38,648 nt of DNA from a virus. The translations under genes were made by a program, and so were the position numbers. The notes under the pieces were generated by a model. It made no database searches, was not told the origin of the DNA, and was given only the letters and a program-made list of their open reading frames with translations. The DNA is taken from IMG/VR virus record IMGVR_UViG_3300026311_000005, positions 1-38,648 of that record. The stretch is one strand, 5' to 3'. Shown in pieces: positions 17,405 through 26,333 of the stretch. The number at the start of each line of letters is the position of its first letter. The stretch's first letter is position 1.

Positions 17405-18484
17405 CTATACAGGCTCCGCGACCGCCCGAGCGCCGGCATCCGAATTCGCACCCCAGCGAGCGTGAGCCGCAACCCGACACCGCGAGCCGCAATACGAGCC
17501 GTAACCCCAATTGCCGCCCGCACGCAGCTTTACGTCTCCGGATGTACCCTGGCGTTGTATCGACCCCCGTGAGCCTGGGAGATCGAACCAAGACCACGCA
17601 GGATCTACCGTCGGATCTGTGAGTCCATCTATCCGGAAGCTCTGGTCAGCTAACCACTGGTACACGACCCCGCAACAGTCGATACATCCGCAGTTGGAGA
17701 TCATGCTCCGGCCCGCAGTGTCGAGATGGTGGCCGGTCGTGCCTGGATCTGCGGACCCGGCGATGTTCGTCTCCTCGTTCGATCCAGCTGCGAATAGTTG
17801 GAACTCTCGATCTGTCGGCAGCCTGCATCCGACAGCGCCGAGATCGTCCACGAAATCCATCCAGTCGCGAGTATCGGATATCGTGCCGCCGTTCACGCTG
17901 GCGGTGTTGACGCCCGTGCCCGATACCAGGTATATCCCGACCCAGATGTTAGCCTCCTCGCACCAAATCATTCCCTCCGGGGCGGCGATGCCCCTTGGCC
18001 GGTGCATCAGATCCCAGATCGATCCGCTCCGGTTGTCGCCGCAGTGGATGTCTCCGATCGCGTGATTCTTGAACGGGTGGCCCACTGGCAGATTCACCAT
18101 CGTCGCCGGGGTGCAGTGGAACCCCCCGATCTTTCGGGCGGTCGCGGCCGCATAACCGCTAGGAGTCGTAGAGTTGGCTGAAATCTTGATCGTAGGTGCC
18201 CGGCCGGTCGCTGGAACGCACGAGTACAGATAGAAATTTTTGCCGGCTCGGTTCGCCGGCGTCCTGTAATCGGTCCCGACGACGGTATCCCAGGTCGCTT
18301 CCAGCGCCAGATCTAGCTCGATCTGGTCGTCGAGGATGTACCCTTTCCCGCCGACGTTGACCTCAATCCCGTCAGCGGGCGACACTAGAACGTCCCGGTC
18401 GCCTGATTTCATCGACCACTTGTCGTCGATCCGCCGGACGTAGTGACCGGGTTTCGCGGCTAGATCGGGCTGGACGTAGATCAT
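17405..18484 (-). CDS. Structural-module protein with a C-terminal formylglycine-generating-enzyme-like (FGE-sulfatase type, C-type lectin fold) domain
   Basis: Motifs CRLPTDREFQLFAAGS (compare RLPTEAEWEYAARGG) and VKLRAGGNWGYGSYCGSRCRVAAHARWG...GAR (compare RGGSW...R.A.R...GFR). Confidence 0.5.
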   Translation of the reverse strand: MIYVQPDLAAKPGHYVRRIDDKWSMKSGDRDVLVSPADGIEVNVGGKGYILDDQIELDLALEATWDTVVGTDYRTPANRAGKNFYLYSCVPATGRAPTIKISANSTTPSGYAAATARKIGGFHCTPATMVNLPVGHPFKNHAIGDIHCGDNRSGSIWDLMHRPRGIAAPEGMIWCEEANIWVGIYLVSGTGVNTASVNGGTISDTRDWMDFVDDLGAVGCRLPTDREFQLFAAGSNEETNIAGSADPGTTGHHLDTAGRSMISNCGCIDCCGVVYQWLADQSFRIDGLTDPTVDPAWSWFDLPGSRGSIQRQGTSGDVKLRAGGNWGYGSYCGSRCRVAAHARWGANSDAGARAVAEPV

Positions 18485-18906
18485 GCTACGTCCTCCACGT
18501 AGTAGCTGACGCCGCCGGTGATCCGATCGGCGGATACAGCGTCTAGCACCAGTGCCTCATTCGTCCCGAGGTTGATCGGGATATTCGGGGACAGCTCAAT
18601 TGCCGAGAACTGTAGCGTCATGATCGTGGTCGATCCTGATTTGACGGCCACTTCGACGTTGGCCAGCGAGGTCAGGACGATCGATGTGATCCGAATACGT
18701 TTTCCGGCTCCTGGTGCTGGGACGATCGTCTGAGCTGACCCGGACGAGAAATCTATCGCAACGTGGCTGAGGGAGGGCGGGTCGATAGAACTGATTTTCC
18801 CGTCATCGTCCACCATGAGGGGGACGAGATCTCCGCCCACTGTCCGGCCATATGCCACCTTCGCACCGATCCGTCCGCCGTATACGATTTCTTCGTCTGC
18901 CATCAT
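18481..18906 (-). CDS. Hypothetical head-module protein (141 aa), possibly a decoration protein
   Basis: ORF track; 4-nt overlap with the downstream gene. Confidence 0.35.
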   Translation of the reverse strand: MMADEEIVYGGRIGAKVAYGRTVGGDLVPLMVDDDGKISSIDPPSLSHVAIDFSSGSAQTIVPAPGAGKRIRITSIVLTSLANVEVAVKSGSTTIMTLQFSAIELSPNIPINLGTNEALVLDAVSADRITGGVSYYVEDVA

Positions 18907-19061
18907 TCCTCCAGGATCTCGATCGTCCCCTCTTCAGCCATCAGGTCCAGGAGCGCATCGTCTAGGTAGATCCTAGCCTCGTCATACGGGACGATCTCGC
19001 CTTCATCGAAGACGTTGCCGCCCCTAATCGACGTCCGTCGGTTGAACCTCACGCGCCTCAT
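18903..19061 (-). CDS. Small protein (about 52 aa)
   Basis: Manual translation MRRVRFNRRTSIRGGNVFDEGEIVPYDEARIYLDDALLDLMAEEGTIEILEE with GGAGG upstream; stop overlaps the next ATG. Confidence 0.25.
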   Translation of the reverse strand: MRRVRFNRRTSIRGGNVFDEGEIVPYDEARIYLDDALLDLMAEEGTIEILEE

Positions 19062-19151
19062 CCGGGGCCTCCTTCTTTTTCCGGGATCGCTTCACGGGTT
19101 CGGGCCTAGGTTCGGGGGCGGGCTCTTCCGCCCCGTTCCTTGGATACCAGG

Positions 19152-19676
19152 TCATCCGCTCGTCTCCAGCACGGCGATGCGGGCGGCGAGCTCATCGAGG
19201 ATCGCTGATATCGACTCGTTCGACGTGACGTTCGTCACCGCCGAGAAGTTCCCAATTTCTCCATATTGTGTGGTCGCGTTGGTCCAGAGATCGAGCACGT
19301 CTCCATCGAGTTCGTTGATCGCTGCGGCGACATCGTTGGCCGTAGTGGTGATATTCGCGATATCTCCGAGATAGTCATAGATGGTGGTAGTGTCCGAAGA
19401 AGCGATCGTTCCGCCGACGCTGAGGTTGCCGCTCAGGTACGCCCCGCCGTCGGAGTATATGTCGCCCACGACATTGACGTCTCCCTCCACGTCCTGGTCT
19501 CCGACGACGGTATGGTTTCCCCCGATATACCCGTCCCCGGATATATTGAGGCCCGCCCCAATGAAGTAGCCGGAGGTCGTGTAGTTGGTGGACCGAGGAT
19601 ACCATGAAGACTGAGAGGCGGCCGCCCCGATCAGGAGGGCCGCCGTTACGATGATTGCGACTAGTTCGCGTTTCAT
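19152..19676 (-). CDS. Secreted or membrane-anchored protein (174 aa), unusually rich in N-x-S/T sequons
   Basis: Signal-like N-terminus MKRELVAIIVTAALLIGAAAS; nine N-x-S/T sequons; GGAGTGAGGAG upstream; immediately after the capsid gene. Confidence 0.45.
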   Translation of the reverse strand: MKRELVAIIVTAALLIGAAASQSSWYPRSTNYTTSGYFIGAGLNISGDGYIGGNHTVVGDQDVEGDVNVVGDIYSDGGAYLSGNLSVGGTIASSDTTTIYDYLGDIANITTTANDVAAAINELDGDVLDLWTNATTQYGEIGNFSAVTNVTSNESISAILDELAARIAVLETSG

Positions 19677-19686
19677 GTCGATCTCC

Positions 19687-20685
19687 TCACTCCGCGGGGG
19701 TGAGAGCTGCGAAGGGGAACCGGGTATCGTCGGTCTCGTTGACGAGGTTCTTCGGGTTCGGCAGAACCCATCCGAGCCGCATGGTGAGCCGGAGAGCTAC
19801 CATATCGTTCTGGAAGAGGTTGTAGACAAGCGCCCCAGCGGCGTCATGGATCGAAGCCTCCGTCGCCACCTTCCAGGTGATGTCCTGGCGGATGCCATAG
19901 ATGGCCTGGTTCCAGTCGCCCACTACCGCGAGGGCGATCGTGTCGTCCCATGCTCCGTTGTTCGGGAAGGTGATGGGGGCCCCGGCGAGCCTGTATCCGG
20001 TCGACTCCTTCATGTCGTTGAGGAAGAGGAACTGGCCGTTTGCGTCCCGAAGACCTCTGAGCCGTCCCATCATGGGGACGCCCCCCATCGCACCGTTGAC
20101 GATGTACCCGTCCTGCTCTACCAGAGAGTAGAGACCGTTGTTGGCTAGAAGGGCGTCAGCTAGATCGGCGAACGTCTCCCCGGACCCCACGTCATCCATG
20201 CTCACAGAGTTGGACTTTGCGATCGCCTGGGTCACGATCCCATCCGGCCAGGAGGCCGGGGCGATCGATCCAGCAGAATTGTAGAGGATCGACTGATCCA
20301 CCAGAACGCCGAGAGCTTCGACGAGACGGGGCTTGGTCATCCCCCACAGGTCGAAGTTCTGGGATGCCATGTCGGAGATCACGCTTTCGGGAACCGGGAC
20401 GATGACGGCTATCTCCTCCATCGTCATGGTGACGCCGGTCCAGTCCATCTTCGTGGTCTTTTTCAGGTTGGCAGCGGCATAGTTGCCCGCCACCTCATCG
20501 ACGAAGTAGGCGTTCGGAAAGCTGTTCAGCATCGGGATCCGCGTCACCTTCGAGGAGACGGGAGGCAGGCCCCTCATCTTCTGGAGGCAGAAGCTCTGAG
20601 TCGGGATGGCTTCGATGATCTGTTTGCTGTACTCAGTCGGCAGGAGTTCCTCCGACCTTCCAATAAAATTATCGTAGTCAGTCAT
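19687..20685 (-). CDS. Major capsid protein, HK97 fold (332 aa)
   Basis: Size, position after portal and scaffold, general resemblance to HK97-family capsid proteins. Confidence 0.65.
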   Translation of the reverse strand: MTDYDNFIGRSEELLPTEYSKQIIEAIPTQSFCLQKMRGLPPVSSKVTRIPMLNSFPNAYFVDEVAGNYAAANLKKTTKMDWTGVTMTMEEIAVIVPVPESVISDMASQNFDLWGMTKPRLVEALGVLVDQSILYNSAGSIAPASWPDGIVTQAIAKSNSVSMDDVGSGETFADLADALLANNGLYSLVEQDGYIVNGAMGGVPMMGRLRGLRDANGQFLFLNDMKESTGYRLAGAPITFPNNGAWDDTIALAVVGDWNQAIYGIRQDITWKVATEASIHDAAGALVYNLFQNDMVALRLTMRLGWVLPNPKNLVNETDDTRFPFAALTPAE

Positions 20686-20699
20686 AGGTAATTACCTCG

Positions 20700-21212
20700 T
20701 TATCGGCCCCCCCTGCCCGCTGCCCGGAGGACCATTCGATTGAATTCGTTGCCGGTCGGCGCCGATCCGCCTGGGGGCGTCGGCCCGCCCGCTTTGTTGA
20801 GACCTCTGGACTTCGCCCATTCTTTCGCATCTTCGGCGATCTCGTCCTCGGTCGTCCCCCTGAGCCGGTCCCAGTCGGCTTCGGGTATCCCGGCCTCCCG
20901 GCCGTATTTCGCCCTCCACTTTTCGAGGTCGCGTTCCGCTTCCAGGGCCGCCGCCCGCTTCTCGGCGGCGGCGTATTTATCCTGGAGTTTCTGAAGTTCG
21001 GTCTTGGAAGCCTCCTGGAGTTTGTCGTACTCGGCGGCCTTCCTCCGATATTCTGCGTACTTCGCCTCTTCCTTCCTCTTTTCCTTCGCCAGGATGGAGT
21101 TTAGCTCGTCCTGTGTGAAGGTCTTTGGAGGGTCGTTCTCTGGTGGGTTCCCGGAGCCGTTATCGCCTTCCGGTGGCTTGATATCGTCTGTCATAGAATC
21201 TTCCCCCGTCAT
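20700..21212 (-). CDS. Putative scaffolding protein (170 aa)
   Basis: Charged, alanine-rich, predicted coiled coil (KEKRKEEAKYAEYRRKAAEYDKLQ...), located between portal and capsid. Confidence 0.5.
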   Translation of the reverse strand: MTGEDSMTDDIKPPEGDNGSGNPPENDPPKTFTQDELNSILAKEKRKEEAKYAEYRRKAAEYDKLQEASKTELQKLQDKYAAAEKRAAALEAERDLEKWRAKYGREAGIPEADWDRLRGTTEDEIAEDAKEWAKSRGLNKAGGPTPPGGSAPTGNEFNRMVLRAAGRGGR

Positions 21213-21237
21213 TTACGGCGACGGTTGCCGTATGTGA

Positions 21238-22620
21238 TTATGAGCCGGGCATGAACATTTCGCCCGCGTTCTGAGTTCGGAGCATTTCAAGCGCGTCCTG
21301 AAGCGACGCGCCTTCGAGATGGTAGAGCATCCGGAGCGCTTGTTCGTCCCAGATGAGGCCCTGGGACTTGAGGAGCGCCACATTAGCGACCGTCTCCTTG
21401 AAGTCCTCGGGGAGGCCGTCTTGCCATTGAATCCCGATCGATTCCAGCTTCTCGGCCCCGGTGGACCCCCGCGCGGCTTCAAATGCCGTGAACGTCTGGA
21501 GCTCGGCTCGAATGATGGGATCGACGACGAGCTTGAGCCGGTCCACCTTCTTCAAGGGGACGAAAAGCATCAATCGGAGAGCCGTCCCGGATATTTGGGC
21601 TCCGAGTTCAGCAGGCTCAAAACAAGCGGCGCAAGTCTCGGATATGATGTAGAGCTGCCGGATTAGGGCGTCAATTTCGGCGAACGCCCCGGAGAGCTGC
21701 CCGTCCCATGTGACGTACCCGGGCGCGGCTTTGCCTTCCTCCACCGCGAAAGCCTTCCGCTTCCCGTCGAAAACCCAGGCCCCCGATTCGGTCTTGATGA
21801 ACGCACCCGAATCCTCGTTCGCGTAGAACATCGGCTCGGAGTGGACGTCCAGGATCCGCCCTATTCGCGTCAAACGGGCTTCCATCCGCTTGACGATCGA
21901 ATCCAGGTCTTTGTAATCGTCGATCAGTTTCCCGCTTGAGGTGTGTAAGTTCCGAACCTCAAATATTAGAGGTTGATCGACGCCCGTCTCTTCGATCGTC
22001 GGGGCCTCCCCCCCGCCCATGATATAGCCCGAAGCCGAGACGACGTACTCGCGGGTCTCGATTTGGCCGGGGCGGTGGATGCGAACTCGGAGCTTTCGCT
22101 GCTGGATGTGATCGACGTATCCGAGATCTTCGAGCCAGGCGACGACGTGCTCTTTGGTTCGCCCGTATTCATCGACGACCCCGAAATATCGGCCGGGGTG
22201 GACGACCTGCAGCTTGACCATCCCATCCTCCATATAGCCCTCGATGAAACCATGCCCGAACCGCGACACGTCGATCTGGCGAGCGTGCTGGAGCTTCCAG
22301 TATTCGGTTCGGTCGATGAAGGCCGAAAGGTACTTCTGCTTTTTGGATTCGGGGTCTTCGTCTCCGATGGCGCGTGGGATCTCCCCGAACAGGAAGTCGG
22401 CCCAGAGCGTCGATATTCGGCGATGTAGGTTGAGGATGAGAATGATTTTGTTGTACTCGGCCGTCTGGCTGGAGAAGAGGTCGAGAAGCGCCCGGAAGAC
22501 TTTCGTGTGCTCCCCATCGAAAAGGTGTTCGTTCTCTTCGTACCTCTGGAGCCGGTCCTTTTCCGATTCCGGTGGCCAGGGTTGGCCGACGGCGAGCGCG
22601 GCTTCAAGATCTCGAATCAT
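21238..22620 (-). CDS. Portal protein (460 aa)
   Basis: Size and position directly after the large terminase with a 4-nt overlap. Confidence 0.8.
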   Translation of the reverse strand: MIRDLEAALAVGQPWPPESEKDRLQRYEENEHLFDGEHTKVFRALLDLFSSQTAEYNKIILILNLHRRISTLWADFLFGEIPRAIGDEDPESKKQKYLSAFIDRTEYWKLQHARQIDVSRFGHGFIEGYMEDGMVKLQVVHPGRYFGVVDEYGRTKEHVVAWLEDLGYVDHIQQRKLRVRIHRPGQIETREYVVSASGYIMGGGEAPTIEETGVDQPLIFEVRNLHTSSGKLIDDYKDLDSIVKRMEARLTRIGRILDVHSEPMFYANEDSGAFIKTESGAWVFDGKRKAFAVEEGKAAPGYVTWDGQLSGAFAEIDALIRQLYIISETCAACFEPAELGAQISGTALRLMLFVPLKKVDRLKLVVDPIIRAELQTFTAFEAARGSTGAEKLESIGIQWQDGLPEDFKETVANVALLKSQGLIWDEQALRMLYHLEGASLQDALEMLRTQNAGEMFMPGS

Positions 22621-23951
22621 ATAATCCTCATCTGCCTAAGTTGTTTTGCGGCTTCCCTCGCAGCGTAGCGGTTGCCGTCGCATATATGATCAGGAGATCC
22701 CGATCCGCCCTTGATGTACATATCGATTCCTCTCTCTTGCTGCCTCTGATCCCAAAGGAGGTCATTGAACCCCCATATCGTCTTTTCGCATTTTTCGTAA
22801 ACCTTGAGTTTGCCCGTCGTGAAGAGGGTTGCGATATCTTCCAGGCCCGGCATGATCGCGTTGTCGGCGGCCCGGACGTGCGATAGATGCTGATATTTAG
22901 ACTGCTTTATCTCGCGGATGAATCCCGCCTCCTCCGGGGGTACCAGGATCTTCGCGGCGACGGGCGATCCGTTCCAGTAGCAAAGCCGGGCGATGTCCTC
23001 GATATATTCGTGGTTGACCTTCTGTTTGTGCTCTTTGACCGAATCCCAGTAGAACTCCCGGATGATATACCAGACCCCGCCCGACAAACCCCACAACGTC
23101 GCGGCGAAGGGGTTCGCGGTTCCGTAGTCGGCACCGACGAGGTACATGGTGAAGTGGTCCGGAAGAGTCGAGACGACGTAACCCGCCGACGGGTCTGGAT
23201 CGAAGAATCCGAAGACGCGCCCCTCGGCGGCGACCCAAAGACCCTCCACCCAGCGACGATACCAGATCGTCCCCGGCGCATACATCGATTTGATCCAAGC
23301 CTTGTACTCGTCGGAGAGATGGGGGTTGTCCTCCATCGTGAAATGGTAGAGCTTTGCCCGGATGCCCGGATCGTCGGCCCTCTCGACGATCTGACGGTGG
23401 AACCAGTGATTAGGGTTTTCGGGGTTCATCGTCATGATCGCTTTGGCCCCCGGGATTCGGAGACGGGACAAGGCCATCATGAAGAACGACTCCGGCCAGG
23501 TCGTCACCTCGTCGCCGTACCAGGCGTATAACGTTTTGCCCCTGATCTTAGATTCTGACTTGGAATCGTTGGCCCCGTAGATCCTGATCTTGCGGTCGTA
23601 GAGGTAGACGATCCCTCTGCCCCGGTTCTCTGAATACTTCGATCCCAGGAACTCGGCGAGCGGATCGAGGACGTTGGCTTCCAAGGTCCTCTCCGTCTTC
23701 CCGATCATGGCGAGCGGATAATGTTTCGGGGTCCTTTCGACGAAGGCAGCCCAAGCCTGTGCGCTGGTGACGGTCTTCCCCGACGAGACGGAGCCCCAAA
23801 GGGCGTATAGCTTATGATCTCCATCCAAGAAGTCAAACGCCATCTGGCGGTGCTTTTGCATCACCGGATGATGGGGCATTTTCCAGCCGTCGTAACTCAT
23901 CGAAAGCGGCTGCGATACTTCCGCGCTCGTCGTCATCGTCATCTGATCCAC
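22617..23951 (-). CDS. terL: Terminase large subunit
   Basis: Walker A motif GSVSSGKT near the N-terminus and overall terminase ATPase/nuclease layout; true start is probably an internal ATG (23843-23879) because the track start overlaps the small-subunit gene by 119 nt. Confidence 0.9.
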   Translation of the reverse strand: MDQMTMTTSAEVSQPLSMSYDGWKMPHHPVMQKHRQMAFDFLDGDHKLYALWGSVSSGKTVTSAQAWAAFVERTPKHYPLAMIGKTERTLEANVLDPLAEFLGSKYSENRGRGIVYLYDRKIRIYGANDSKSESKIRGKTLYAWYGDEVTTWPESFFMMALSRLRIPGAKAIMTMNPENPNHWFHRQIVERADDPGIRAKLYHFTMEDNPHLSDEYKAWIKSMYAPGTIWYRRWVEGLWVAAEGRVFGFFDPDPSAGYVVSTLPDHFTMYLVGADYGTANPFAATLWGLSGGVWYIIREFYWDSVKEHKQKVNHEYIEDIARLCYWNGSPVAAKILVPPEEAGFIREIKQSKYQHLSHVRAADNAIMPGLEDIATLFTTGKLKVYEKCEKTIWGFNDLLWDQRQQERGIDMYIKGGSGSPDHICDGNRYAAREAAKQLRQMRII

Positions 23952-24342
23952 CAGTCTCTTTCCGTCTTTGTTCCAGGAGCCGCTCCACCGCCGACGTCCA
24001 CTCCATCATGCCTTTAGGGTATCGGGATCTTGGCAAAATCGCTTTCAGCGTCGAGAGACCTTCATCGAGTAGGGTGAGCCGCTCTTCGGGGCCGAAGGTT
24101 GAAAAATCAATCTCCGCGATAGTTTCAGGTTTCGGGGTGGTAACCGTAGGTTGATAACCTTTTTTCGGAGGGCGGCCTTTGCCTTTGCGAGAATACCCTT
24201 CCTTCTTCGCGATTCTTGAGACCGTCGGCTTCTTCCCGCCATCGCCTAATCGCTTTGCAGCGATCTCTTCAAACGAAAGCCGTCCCTCTCGGAGATCCTC
24301 AATAATAGCGTTTCGGACTTCCGGAGGAAGAGGCGGCGGCAT
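23833..24342 (-). CDS. Putative terminase small subunit (169 aa)
   Basis: Position directly upstream of the large terminase; N-terminal helix-turn-helix-like segment, basic middle, acidic tail. Confidence 0.5.
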   Translation of the reverse strand: MPPPLPPEVRNAIIEDLREGRLSFEEIAAKRLGDGGKKPTVSRIAKKEGYSRKGKGRPPKKGYQPTVTTPKPETIAEIDFSTFGPEERLTLLDEGLSTLKAILPRSRYPKGMMEWTSAVERLLEQRRKETGGSDDDDDERGSIAAAFDELRRLENAPSSGDAKAPPDGV

Positions 24343-24351
24343 GTCATCAGT

Positions 24352-24651
24352 TCACCTTTCATGTCTGAATTTGGATTTTCGACCCACAAATCGGCCCCAT
24401 CGGGCAATGTCCCGCTCGGAAGGTTCCGAAGGCTGGTAGATCTCCCTCGGCCTCATCCCGCACGTAGGACATCCTCCGTTCTGGAGGTCCCAGAAGATTA
24501 TTTTACGGCAACGAGGACATATAAAATCAAGGATCTCCAGCCTCGCGCCAAAAACGGGCTCCCAGTGGGGAGATGTCGGCGGCGAGGGCTGGACTACCAG
24601 CCCCCTGGGGTCTTGCTTACCGTCCGGTGGCCCGACGGGGTTCAGAATCAC
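24352..24651 (-). CDS. Small zinc-ribbon protein (99 aa)
   Basis: Paired Cys motifs CPRC...CPTC; GTG start. Confidence 0.4.
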   Translation of the reverse strand: MILNPVGPPDGKQDPRGLVVQPSPPTSPHWEPVFGARLEILDFICPRCRKIIFWDLQNGGCPTCGMRPREIYQPSEPSERDIARWGRFVGRKSKFRHER

Positions 24652-24654
24652 TGC

Positions 24655-24690
24655 CTGTATATAACATCGTTACGATATAAATACTTTTCG
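24655..24690 (-). promoter_or_regulatory. AT-rich putative promoter ahead of the packaging/structural gene block
   Basis: TATA-like octamers (TTATATAC, ATTTATAT on the minus strand) within about 10-32 nt of the first start codon, in otherwise GC-rich DNA. Confidence 0.3.
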
Positions 24691-24805
24691 TCTAAATGCC
24701 TCTGTTGGAGGCGGATGGCGTGGCAGCGGCGGCACAAGAGCACGCCGCCACGTCGCCTCATCTCGGACTCGTCCACCGAGCGCATACACCCCCAGCAGTA
24801 GGCGA

Positions 24806-25033
24806 TCATTCATGCCCCGGCCAATGGGCCACCGGCTGGCGTTGATAGCGGCGGGGCTTCTTGATGCCGTGGACCTTGCCCCGCCAGTATTGGACCGCCT
24901 TGGCATAGCACCCGTTGCCGACGATGTCGGCTATCTCCTGGTCTGTCAGGCCCTCGGCGACTCGGGCCGCCACCCACCGGCGGTCCGTCAGGAGGGGGTA
25001 TTTCACCCGCCTCGGATATTCTCCGGATGGCAT
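24806..25033 (-). CDS. Small helix-turn-helix DNA-binding protein (75 aa)
   Basis: Segment LTDQEIADIVG resembling sigma-70 region 4 / LuxR-type HTH; GGGAGA 4 nt upstream. Confidence 0.45.
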   Translation of the reverse strand: MPSGEYPRRVKYPLLTDRRWVAARVAEGLTDQEIADIVGNGCYAKAVQYWRGKVHGIKKPRRYQRQPVAHWPGHE

Positions 25034-25567
25034 TAGTCTCCCTCGTAGAGATCGTCGATCTCTTGGACGAAGCTCATCACAACCACCTCGCCAGCATCGG
25101 GCCGATCAGGAGAAGGCCCGGCTCGACCCCCAGCCTTGCCGCCAGGGGCTCCACACGAGCTCTCCAGAAGCTTTCGTCGCCCTGGTCCATCTCCCGCCGC
25201 CCCCGGAGCATCCAGGCCCTCTGAAGGGCCGTAATCTCGTCCTCGGTGACGGGGGGGCGGGAGAAGTCCACCCGGCAGGAGCCGCCTTCGCAGGCGGCGC
25301 CGAAATCCGAGAGGGTGGTCATCTCCTCGCCCCCCTCTTTCGCTCGCCCCTCTCGGTCTGGGGCTCGCCGTATTCGATCGAATGGACCCGGCAGTACCGG
25401 GACCATGCCATCCTCTGCGACCGGCATCCTTCGATGATGCACTTGTTTGCCGTGTCGATCCGGGGCCTCATTTCTTCCATCCCCATTGCGGCCCGGTGTC
25501 CGGGCGCTCCAGCCGTTCGGCGATCTCTCGCAGCTCCCCGTCGATCTTGTCAAATCTGTCCATCTCG

Positions 25568-25819
25568 TCACCTCACAAAATCCATCGCTTCCATCTTCTT
25601 TTGCCAGAGCCAATCGGGGATCTCGATCGTCCCGCCTTCCAGCTTAATCTGGCTTTTTGGGAGCCAATAGCCGATTTTCTTGACGTCCATCCCGTCGGCT
25701 ACATGGACGACCTCCAGCAGCAGCCCCTTCTCGGTCTCGGCTCCGATCCGGTGAGTCGTCGATACCCGGACGCCTTCCAGGTTGATCGACGCCTTCTCAG
25801 TCAGTTGGAATATCACCAT
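25568..25819 (-). CDS. Hypothetical protein (83 aa)
   Basis: ORF track; followed by a micro-ORF with a strong GAGGTGA motif. Confidence 0.3.
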   Translation of the reverse strand: MVIFQLTEKASINLEGVRVSTTHRIGAETEKGLLLEVVHVADGMDVKKIGYWLPKSQIKLEGGTIEIPDWLWQKKMEAMDFVR

Positions 25820-26081
25820 TTAGAGCCTCCGCGAAGATGCGCCAGTTTATGCCGCGCCGCCAGACCACTCCCGTTTGGGAACCGTTCCGGACCTTCTGGA
25901 TTATGCCATCCTCCTTGAGCCGGATGGTATCCCGGCCCCGGGGCGGGTGATTGAGATCCCGCATCCGAAACTCGCCAACGGGCATTTCGAGGACCGCCAA
26001 ATCAAGTCCCCTCTCTTTCAGTACCTCGGCGTGACGCCGGGCCATCGCCGGATTTCTGTATATTCCACCAGGTCGTGACAT
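25797..26081 (-). CDS. Hypothetical protein (94 aa)
   Basis: Start taken as the ATG at 26081 with GGGAG upstream (ORF track start 26123 is TTG). Confidence 0.35.
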   Translation of the reverse strand: MSRPGGIYRNPAMARRHAEVLKERGLDLAVLEMPVGEFRMRDLNHPPRGRDTIRLKEDGIIQKVRNGSQTGVVWRRGINWRIFAEALNGDIPTD

Positions 26082-26129
26082 ATCTCCCTCTCTTTCACAT
26101 ATTTTTAGGCTATAATAATCCAAAACATA

Positions 26130-26326
26130 GTAAGATCTTACTTTTACTTATCCACGCTTGTAAAGCGCGGACATGTAAACATCTTACTTATTCGCTTTTC
26201 TCTCTGTATCTATCCTCCTTCCTCCAACTAACCACCTATCCAAAAACACCCGAAATCACGAGCATTTTGTAGTTAGCTGGAACCCCTTTAGTAAAGGATC
26301 GCTCAAAAGTAAAAGTAAGATCTTAC
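26130..26326. promoter_or_regulatory. AT-rich control region bounded by perfect inverted 18-bp elements, each containing the 12-bp palindrome GTAAGATCTTAC
   Basis: GTAAGATCTTACTTTTAC at 26130-26147 and its exact reverse complement at 26309-26326; degenerate third site near 26175-26188; TATAAT-like and polypyrimidine tracts between them. Confidence 0.5.
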
Positions 26327-26333
26327 AACTTAT

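Noticed and set aside
17405-18484. Diversity-generating retroelement targeting the FGE-like domain
   Set aside because: No reverse transcriptase (no YxDD-containing ORF) and no template repeat copy of the 3' end could be found
21966-22607. 213-aa minus-strand ORF rich in Ser, Thr and Arg
   Set aside because: Alternative frame inside the portal gene; low-complexity composition
24915-25670. 251-aa plus-strand ORF
   Set aside because: Runs against a block of short minus-strand genes that have ribosome-binding motifs; Arg/Pro/Ser-rich and judged spurious, though this region is the least certain
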